Of a stretch of 20,356 bases of DNA, positions 1-8,100 are shown in pieces. Source of the stretch: an uncultured Verrucomicrobiae bacterium (GTDB lineage Bacteria; Verrucomicrobiota; Verrucomicrobiia; Limisphaerales; JAFGQR01); NCBI GenBank assembly GCA_963788655.1, contig CAWBHS010000016.1, forward strand, positions 1-20,356. Direction: 5' to 3'. Each line of letters opens with the position of its first letter. The first letter of the stretch is position 1. Made by a program: the position numbers and the translations under genes. The notes under the pieces are model-generated. The model made no database searches and had not been told where the DNA came from. It saw nothing but the letters and a program-made list of their open reading frames with translations.

Positions 1-1
1 C

Positions 2-244
2 GTAGCACGACACCACCTGACCGACGGCTGGATGCTCCACTGGCTGGTAGCAGCCGCCGGCACCCACGGACGATGCGCCGTTGCCTTGGCTGGACTTCAG
101 GGGCCTGGCCGCAGGAAGGCATGGCTGCGATGCCATGAAGTTACTCTGCCCCTCGAGTCCGCTCCGGAATTGAATCGCTCAACCTTATTCGGAGACAGGG
201 AAAGAACGAATGAAATCTGCCCATCGGCGTCCAACAATCCATGA
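2..244 (+). CDS. 3' end of an unidentified upstream gene (partial, open at the left edge)
   Basis: Frame 2 is open from base 2 (VARHHLTDGWMLHWLVAAAG...SASNNP*). Its TGA (242-244) overlaps an ATG at 241 (ATGA), typical of coupled operon genes. No family recognised. Confidence 0.5.
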   Translation, partial: VARHHLTDGWMLHWLVAAAGTHGRCAVALAGLQGPGRRKAWLRCHEVTLPLESAPELNRSTLFGDRERTNEICPSASNNP

Positions 245-2339
245 GAACCATCTTCAGCGGTCGCACCGCAAATCCGCGGTGCATCATGAGCGCTGTTCTC
301 AACGGGAGCATTTTTTCTCGCCGCTGGGGCTTACCCTCCTTGGCGCAGCCGAATCGGGACCAAGTCCCGCGGGAGGAACGACCTGGTATGTGGATGGTTT
401 CGCTGGACGAAACAGTAATCCCGGCACCTCGCCGGATTCGCCGTGGCGGGATTTCTCCAACATCAATGGCCAGACCCTAAACGCCGGGGATCGCTTGCTC
501 ATCAAGCGCGGGAGCGTGATCAACCAGGAGTTGCGCCTGAGCGCGCGCGGCACGGTGGAACGGTGGGCGGAGATCGGCGCGTATGGCCAGGGCGCCCGGC
601 CTGTCATCCGTCGGAACTGGGACATTGCCGACCGGTGCGCGCTGATCAAGGACCCGGACTTTCTGCGCATCCGCAGTCTGGCGTTCAGCCGCGCAGGCAA
701 GGGACTTGTGGTCCACTATGCGACGCCCGGACACGCGGGATTGGTCATCGAGGATTGCGTGGCCCATCACATCGAAGGCATTTATCGCGAATGGACCATC
801 TGCAGCGGCATCCCGGAATGGCGTGGCTACGCGGCGCCAACGGATGATGGATTCCGCGCTTCCGCCGGCATCGCCGTCAGCGGACGCGGCCGGAACATCA
901 CGATCCGGGACTGCGACCTGTTTCAGAATTCGTGGGGTTTTTGGGTTGCGGGCGAGCAGGTCACGCTGGACCGCATTTACGTTCACCACAGCTACACCTT
1001 CAACAGTTCACCCCATCCGGCCCTGCTCGGCCCCAAGGACTCGGTCATGCAGAACTGCATTTTCGACGCGTCCGGCTATCATGCGTTTGCGGGGACGATG
1101 GGCATCATGCTCGGCAGTCCACGGAACCTGGTCATCCGGAACTGCACCTTCCGCAACCAGCCCGACTCCGGCTGTCACGACGAAGGCGGCATCGACTTCG
1201 AGAACGGCGGCGATGGCTGCCTGATCGACAACTGCACTTTTGAAAACAACGCGGGCGCTGCCATCGAGGTTTTGGGCCTGCAATCGCCGCAGCCGAAGAA
1301 TGTCGAGATTCGCGGCTCGCGCTTTATCAAGAACAACTGGGCCAGGAAGCTCGGGCCTTCGGAGATATTCGTCTGGGGCAGTGGCAGGCCGGACCCGCGG
1401 GTCTGTTGCAGCACGGGCATCATCCGCAGCAATGGTTATGTCCTGGCGTCCGGCGTGACCTTCTTCACCAATCTGGCGCCGACCACCACGCACTGGACGC
1501 TGGGAAATAACACGAGGTTCCCATCCGTCTCCGAGCTGGAGAACGCCATGCCCCGCAACCGGCCGCCCGTGGTTGAGGCCGGTCCAGACCTCACCTCCGA
1601 CCAACTCTCGGTGCGGCTGGCCGGATCGGTCTCCGACGACGCGAAACCCGCCGGGTCACGACTCTTGACGCGATGGGAGTTGCTCGAAGGCCCCGGCCTC
1701 GTGACCTTCAAGGACCAAGGCTCGCCGAGTTGCCGCGCGGAGTTCTCCCGGCCGGGCGATTACCTGCTGCGCCTGGTTGGCGATGACGGCGAGCTGTGGA
1801 TGAGCGACTTGGTCAACGCGCACATCCTCCCCCGCGGCGTCACGCTGGCGAAGGCGTGGGAGTTCAACACGGCCCTCGACAAGGAAGGTTGGACCGAGGC
1901 AGACCTCGGCACCCAAAAGCAGGTCGAGACGCCGATCAAGAACCAAAGCGGCACTTCCCTGCCGGTGAAATACGCAGCGGGCGGTTACTACATCATTGCC
2001 ATCGAAGACGCGCCCGGCGCGAAGCTGATTTCTGGAGACGACTTAAATGTCGCTCTCAACAAGCACCAGACCATTCGCCTGCGCTGCCAGAATCACACCT
2101 CCGCCTCGCGCATGGTCCTCCATTTTACCACCACCGGCGACCACGTATGGGATGACGCCAAGTCCAAAGCATTCGGAGTCACCCCGAACGACAACGACGC
2201 GCGGGACTACGTGCTGGAGCTGGCGCCGGTTCCGGGTTGGGCTGGCACTCTCAAGCAACTGCGGCTCGATTTGACGGCCGGCGAGGCAGCCACAGGAACG
2301 GTTCGCATTGACTACATCCGGATTGAGAACGTCCCTTGA
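241..2339 (+). CDS. Secreted right-handed parallel beta-helix protein (polysaccharide lyase/hydrolase-like) with a PKD-like domain and a C-terminal CBM-like beta-sandwich; probable 1-nt frameshift near the 5' end
   Basis: The 210..2339 ORF has the beta-helix cap WYVDGFAGRNSNPGTSPDSPW..LNAGDRLLIKRG and repeated IxxCxF rungs (IEDCVA, IRDCDL, MQNCIF, IRNCTF, IDNCTF). It also has a PKD-like NRPPVVEAGPD..GPGLVTF..FSRPGDYLLRL and a C-terminal WEFN..EGW..LKQLRLDL..VRIDYIRI. ATG241 (ATGA-coupled) plus one extra T in the T6 run at 311-316 gives a signal-peptide-like N-terminus (MRTIFSGR..VLNGSIFFSPLGLTLLGAAES). The uncorrected start is 210. Confidence 0.75.
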
Positions 2340-2470
2340 AAACACCTCAACTTGTCATAGATGCACTCCTGCTGGCCGTGATGGCAGGCGTCGCTTCTGC
2401 CGCCGTAGTCACCCTCGACGGAAACTCCTGGCGTCTGGCGACCGCCTCCCAGGAACCTTGGGCGCGATAA
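2336..2470 (+). pseudogene. Truncated remnant of a secreted glycoside hydrolase (GH2-like N-terminus)
   Basis: TTG2336 overlaps the upstream TGA. Translation MKTPQLVIDALLLAVMAGVASAAVVTLDGNSWRLATASQEPWAR* = signal peptide plus 'LDGxxWRLA', resembling the start of GH2 sugar-binding domains. Removing one base near 2452 continues as ..ATASQNLGRD, after which similarity is lost. Confidence 0.45.
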
Positions 2471-2700
2471 GCCAGGCCAATCCAACGTTGAGTCCGTTCG
2501 GCTGAGGAAAACGAACCTCGTACGTTTTCTGCATGAACGGTTTCAAGCTTGACGGCGGCAGGTCGAGTTCGGCGGAAACGTATTTTGATATGTCATTCGC
2601 GGTTGACCGCCTTCCGCCAACCGGGACCAAAGCTCCAACATCAAACGGGGCAGCGACATAGCCGGTTCGATTGGTTCATTGAGATTAACAAACTTTAAGG

Positions 2701-2730
2701 TTGACATCAATTCAAAAGTGTATACACATT
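2701..2730 (+). promoter_or_regulatory. Putative sigma70-type promoter for the dehydrogenase-transporter operon
   Basis: Perfect TTGACA at 2701-2706 in an AT-rich island. Only weak -10 candidates (TACACA 2723-2728, CACATT 2725-2730). Confidence 0.5.
2715..2727. promoter_or_regulatory. Palindromic operator GTGTATACAC (GntR/FadR-type-like)
   Basis: Perfect 10-bp palindrome at 2718-2727 overlapping the spacer/-10 region. AAAGTGTATACA (2715-2726) recurs exactly at 17305-17316. TGTATACA cores fit the GT-N-AC consensus of GntR-family operators. Confidence 0.55.
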
Positions 2731-2978
2731 AGCACCCGTCAGACGATTTGGAACTTTAAGCGGAGACAGCTTTGTCTATGGTCCTTATAAGCCAAACCAC
2801 AATCGTTACTGAGGCCTGCGGCCGGATCCCGGGAACGTTGCCCCGGCTCTGTGACCGAGGGCCTGAACGGGTCGTCATTACGATTCGCCGTTTTCATTGG
2901 GGTGGGCAGATCGAGCTCCAATTTCAAAATAGAGTGACGAAGGAGAGTTTTTAAGGCGGTTAGACCTCGAATGGCAGA

Positions 2979-4112
2979 ATGAGCGCGAAACACAAACAGA
3001 TTCCCGGAACGGTTTACATGCCTGCGGAAACGTTGCAGCGTTGGGCCGTTGAGAAACTGAAAGTCCGCGGGTTGTCCGAAACCGATGCCGTGCTGGTGGC
3101 GCGCAGCCTGGTGCAAACCAGTCTTTGGGGGATCGACTCGCACGGCATCGCGCTGTTGCCGCATTACCTGCGTCGGCTGGAAGCGCGATCCATCGAAGCG
3201 AAACCTCGGATGCGATTCACCGAGACGGGGCCTTGCACGGGGCGGTTGGATGGAGGGCATGGCTTGGGGATTGCGGTCTGCGAACGTGGGATGCGGGAGG
3301 CCATTCGCCTGGCGAAGAGCAACGGCGTGGGCATCGTGGGATGCCATCATTCAAACCATTGCGGCGCGATTGGCCTTTACGGACGCCAAGCAGCCGAGGC
3401 GGGATTGATCGGCATTGCCTTCACGCACTCGGACGCGTTTGTGGCGCCGCACGGCGGTCGGCGCGCTTTTCTGGGGACCAACCCGATTTGCATTACCGTA
3501 CCGTCCGCGGAAGGACCGCCGGTGTGTCTGGATATGGCCACTAGTGCGATCACCATGAACCGGATCGTGAATGCACGCCGGGAGGGACATCCATTGCGCC
3601 CGGGCGTGGCCTTGGATGGACGCGGTCGGCCGACGACCAATCCGGAGGCCGTGAAAGGTCTCTTGCCGATGGCGGAGCACAAGGGATATGCCTTGGCATT
3701 CCTGATTGATATTCTCTGCGGTCCGCTCAATGGCATGCCGTTCGGCTTCCAAATTCCGGCGATGTATGGCGATCTTTCGGTGCGCCGCAGCCTCGGTTCC
3801 CTCATGATGGCCGTTGATCCGCGGCGGTTTGCCGGAGGGCAAACGTTACCAATTGTGGTCGCTGAAATGGTCAAAGAAGCCCGTCGGCAACCGGCGGCCG
3901 CTCCGCGGGGCGAAGTGCTGGTGCCGGGCGATCCGGAATACCGGACCGAAAAGGTTCGCCGGCGAAAAGGGATTCCGATCGAGCCTGGACTGTATCAGGA
4001 ACTCTTGGCCAGTGGTCACCCCAATGGGATGGCCCGGCGCCCCAAGGCCACGCCGCGCCGCGGCCTGCCCAAGTCCCCGGTTGGCGTGGTCGGAAACAGC
4101 AATCCGCTTTAG
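2979..4112 (+). CDS. Ldh_2 family (type 2 malate/L-lactate/ureidoglycolate/sulfolactate dehydrogenase-like) NAD(P)-dependent oxidoreductase
   Basis: Family motifs GIDSHG, LDGGHGLG, SNHCGAIGLY, GTNPI, LDMATS, HKGYALA, VLVPGDPE; 377 aa. Confidence 0.9.
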   Translation: MSAKHKQIPGTVYMPAETLQRWAVEKLKVRGLSETDAVLVARSLVQTSLWGIDSHGIALLPHYLRRLEARSIEAKPRMRFTETGPCTGRLDGGHGLGIAVCERGMREAIRLAKSNGVGIVGCHHSNHCGAIGLYGRQAAEAGLIGIAFTHSDAFVAPHGGRRAFLGTNPICITVPSAEGPPVCLDMATSAITMNRIVNARREGHPLRPGVALDGRGRPTTNPEAVKGLLPMAEHKGYALAFLIDILCGPLNGMPFGFQIPAMYGDLSVRRSLGSLMMAVDPRRFAGGQTLPIVVAEMVKEARRQPAAAPRGEVLVPGDPEYRTEKVRRRKGIPIEPGLYQELLASGHPNGMARRPKATPRRGLPKSPVGVVGNSNPL

Positions 4113-4124
4113 CAAATCCTGACA

Positions 4125-5186
4125 ATGCAAGATGCTGTTATAATCGGTGTGTTGGTGACGGTTGGGTCCGGTTTGATCATGGGCACCAGTCCGTGGCCGC
4201 TGAAGCTCATGCGCCAATTCCAGTATGAGCACTTTGCGTTTATCTCCATGTTGTTTGCCCTGCTAGTTCTCCCCTGGGCGATCACCCTGAGCTTTTGTCC
4301 GGATGTTCTGGCCGCTTATCGCTCGGTGCCGTCGGGTGTGGTCTTGCGCGCCAATTTGTTCTCCTTGGCTTGGGGCGTCGCGCAGATCCTCGCCTTACTC
4401 TGCTTTGTGCGGATTGGCGTGAGCCTGACCTATGGGATCTTGTGCGCGATTGGCGCTTGTGTCGGCGTAATCACTCCCATGGTCTTCAAGGCTTCGGGGG
4501 TGTTTTCGACGGCGCCCAATTTGGATTCGAAAGCCGGGATGGTCGTCTTGACCGGCGTGGTCGTTATGGTGGTGGGCGTCTTCCTGGCTTCGCTGTCCGG
4601 TTTTGGTCGGGAGAAGGCGCTCCAGGCCAACCAATCCCAACCGGGGGTTCGCCCGGGTGGGTTTGGCCTGGGCTTGGTGATGGTGATTACGGCGGGGGTA
4701 TTGTCGGCGGGATGGGGGTTTGCCTTCGCCTATGGCCAGGGACCGATTATTGAGGCCATGAAAGCGCATGGCGCACCGGATTTCGCGGCCGGCATTGCGG
4801 TCTGGGCCATCGCGCTATGTGGAGCCGGATTGGTCAACACCGTGTACCCGGCGGTTTTGCTGACCAAGAACCGCAACTGGCACGTCTTGCGGCAAAATCC
4901 CCGTGAGTTTGCCCTGGCCCTGCTCTATGGCCTGCTGTTTTTCATCCCCAGTGTGCTGTTGGGCAAAGGGATGTTGTTACTCGGCGTGTTGGGAGCTTCG
5001 GTGGGCTTTGGCATTGTGCAGGGAACTTTGATTTTGGGAGGACAGGCACTGGGATTTATCAGCGGAGAATGGCGCGGCGTTACGGGCAAGCCGCGCACGC
5101 ACATCTATTTCGCCATTGGCGTGCTGATCGCGTCCATGGTGATTCTGGCCTGGGGCAATTCCTGCGCCACAACCGTTACTCAATGA
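4125..5186 (+). CDS. rhaT: RhaT-family sugar/proton symporter (DMT superfamily); substrate not necessarily L-rhamnose
   Basis: 353 aa with about 10 hydrophobic segments. RhaT-like motifs PLKLMRQFQYEHF..LPW, WGVAQIL..IGVSLTYGI, GVLSAGWGF and GEWRG. Confidence 0.8.
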   Translation: MQDAVIIGVLVTVGSGLIMGTSPWPLKLMRQFQYEHFAFISMLFALLVLPWAITLSFCPDVLAAYRSVPSGVVLRANLFSLAWGVAQILALLCFVRIGVSLTYGILCAIGACVGVITPMVFKASGVFSTAPNLDSKAGMVVLTGVVVMVVGVFLASLSGFGREKALQANQSQPGVRPGGFGLGLVMVITAGVLSAGWGFAFAYGQGPIIEAMKAHGAPDFAAGIAVWAIALCGAGLVNTVYPAVLLTKNRNWHVLRQNPREFALALLYGLLFFIPSVLLGKGMLLLGVLGASVGFGIVQGTLILGGQALGFISGEWRGVTGKPRTHIYFAIGVLIASMVILAWGNSCATTVTQ

Positions 5187-8100
5187 GCTGCAATCAAGTG
5201 AAAACCAACCCTCTTTTCTTTCGTCTGTCGGTGCTGTTCTGCGGGCTGCCACTTATTGCCTGGGCGGACAGTGTAGTGGTCTTCAATGAAATCATGTATC
5301 ACCCGGCCACCAACGAAGCAGCTTGTGAATGGGTGGAACTTCACAATCAAAACGCCGTGGACGTGGAGTTGTCTGGGTGGCGCCTTACGGGAGGCATCGA
5401 TTATACGTTTGCGGACGGGACAATCCTGAGTGGCGGCGGTGACCTGGTGGTGGCGATTTCCCCGGCAAACTTGCGCGCTGCCGGCGTTACCAACGTGGTT
5501 GGCCCCTTCACTGGACGTCTCGCCAATGGCGGTGAAGTTCTGAATTTGCGTGACCTCAGTGGTCGGCTGATGGATACGTTGCATTACGGTACGGACGGGG
5601 AGTGGCCGGTCGGCCCGGATGGATCTGGCGTGTCGCTCGCCAAGAGACATCCTGATCTCGCCAGCAGTTCGGCGGCAAATTGGACGGTCAGTCGTCAGAT
5701 GGGGGGCACGCCCGGAGTGCCCAACTTCCCGGTTGTTTCCGAATCCTATGTCGTCGTCACCACCAATCTCACGCTCGTGCCTTACGGGGCGACATGGCGT
5801 CATTACTCGGGTGATCCGGGGACGGGATGGAATCAAGTGAGTTTTGACGACGGGGATTGGGAGGTGGACACCGGACCATTGGGCTATGAAACCAACAATT
5901 TGCCATTGCCGCTGGCCACCGCGCTGACACTGGGAGAGACGGCTTATTACTTCCGCACCACCTTCAATTACACCAACAATCCCGCCGAGGCCGCGCTGAA
6001 CGTGACTCATCTGGTGGACGATGGGCTGGTGGTTTACTTGAACGGCGTCGAGGTGTTGCGCACCGGCATGCCCGAAGGCGAAATCACCCCAGCCACTTTG
6101 GCGTCGCGCGGCGTCGGTGACGCCGCGCTGGAAGGGCCGTTTACTTTGCCGACCGCCAGCCTGGTTGGCGGCATGAATGTGCTGGCGGTGGAAGTGCATC
6201 AAACCACCACCAACAGTTCCGACATCGTCTTTGGATTGCGGTTGAACGAGCGACAGACGGTCGGCGTGGTCACCAATGCGGCGGGCGTTCCTCCGTTGAC
6301 CGGCCCGACGACGAATCTCGTCTCCCTGGACGGCACGTGGCGGTTCGATGACTCCGGAGTGGACCAGGGCATAGCGTGGCGGAACCTCAGCTACGATGAT
6401 TCGGCCTGGGGCTTCGGGCCGGGGCTTTTCTTCGTCGAAGAAGCGCCATTGCCCGGCCCCAAAAACACACCGCTCACCCCGGGTCGCAATACGTACTATT
6501 TTCGCCACGTATTCAACTTTGAGGGAGATCCCGGCACCAAGCTATTTGACCTTCGTTCGCTGGTGGACGATGGCGCGATTGTTTACCTGAACGGGGCCGA
6601 AATCGCCCGCTTGAACATGCCAACCGGCACAGTGTCCTATGCGACGATGGCCTCGACGGCGGTGCCCGATGCCTCGTTCACCGGCCCCCTCAGTGTCGCC
6701 TCCAGCAACCTGGTGGAAGGGCAGAATGTGCTGGCCGTCGAATTGCATCAATCCACGTCCACGAGCAATCCAGGACTACGCGTCCTCACTGCCGCGAACT
6801 ATGTGGCAACCTGGGACGGCGCTGACGGGGATTACTTCTCGGAAGGCAGTCCCGCCCTGGCGCCGGCCAATGCGGCGCTGGCATCGCAAGGGGTGGAGGT
6901 CTTCGCCAGCAGCAATCCGAATCTGGCGGTCGGATTGAACGACGGCCATTACGGCGCCGAGGGCGCGTGGAATCCGGCGGCGAGTGACCCCGCGCCATTT
7001 GTGGTGTTGCGCTTCAATCAGATCCTGCCCATCTCCAGCATTGCCTGGAGTCGCGATAATGGCGACACGGCCGAGGCGGCGTGCGGCGGCACGTGCATGG
7101 ATCGTTCCCTGGGCAATTACACGTTCCAATACACGCTGGCTCCCGATCCCGCCGTCGTGGTGGCGTCGTCGAGTAATCCCACCAACGGCTGGGCGACGAT
7201 TGCCACCGTGCAGCACTTGAGTGCCGAGCCCGGTTTCTCCCCGTATTTGCGCCACCGCTATGATCTATCGAGGATCAGCGCCGAACCGATTCTGGCCACG
7301 GGCGTGCGGCTTCGCGTGTCCAGCAGTTGCTCCCTTGACGAAATCGAAATCAACACGCCGTCACTGGCCAGTTTTGATGCGGTCTTTGGCCTGGAACTGA
7401 CTGCCACCGACCTCCTGCCGCCGCCACCCCCGTTTGTGTTCAACGAGCTTTCCCAGGCCAGCGCCACTTTGTTCTGGCTTGAAATCATCAATGCCGGTGA
7501 CACCCCGCAGGACTTGGCCGGCGTCCGCGTGGTCGGCAGCGGTGGCGGCTTCGCCTACGAATTTCCCTCGCTCGTGCTTGCTCCCGGCGGCATCACCGTC
7601 GTACCTCAGGCGCAGTTGGGCTTCGGAGCCGTGGCGGGTGATAAACTGTATTTGTACGCTCCCGGGGGATTCAACTTGCTGGATGCGGTCACGGTCCAAG
7701 CCACTCCCCAGGGACGGCGGCCCGATGGCGCGGGAGAATGGATGATCCCGAACCTGCCGACACCGGGCGGTTCCAACCTCGTCTTCTTGAATGAGGATCT
7801 CGTCATCAATGAGATCATGTATCATTATCCACCGACCGATGCTTCCCCGGCCGTCACCTCCAATCTGAATGTGATCGCGGTGAACGGAAATTGGCGTTAC
7901 GAAGACTCCGGGACGGATTTGGGAACCGCATGGCGGGAACCGGGATATGACGACAGTTCATGGCCGACCGGCTCCGGGTTGCTGGGAGTTAACAACGGTT
8001 CGTTACCCGCACCGGTCGGCACCACGTTGGCAGCGGACCGCGGCACGTATTATTTTCGCACCCGCTTCGACTTCAATGGCGGCACCAACCTGAGTCTCAG

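Noticed and set aside
2409..2954. Small ORFs 2308-2505 (+), 2409-2630 (-) and 2772-2954 (+)
   Set aside because: Short, non-ATG or poorly supported starts, no motifs, and located in remnant or promoter/leader DNA.
5069..5182. Upstream extension of the giant ORF from ATG5069
   Set aside because: Overlaps rhaT by over 100 nt. ATG5183 gives ATGA coupling and a proper signal peptide.
5180..6508. 442-aa minus-strand ORF (also 16109-17344 and 17615-18712)
   Set aside because: Fully overlap well-supported plus-strand genes and have no recognisable domains.
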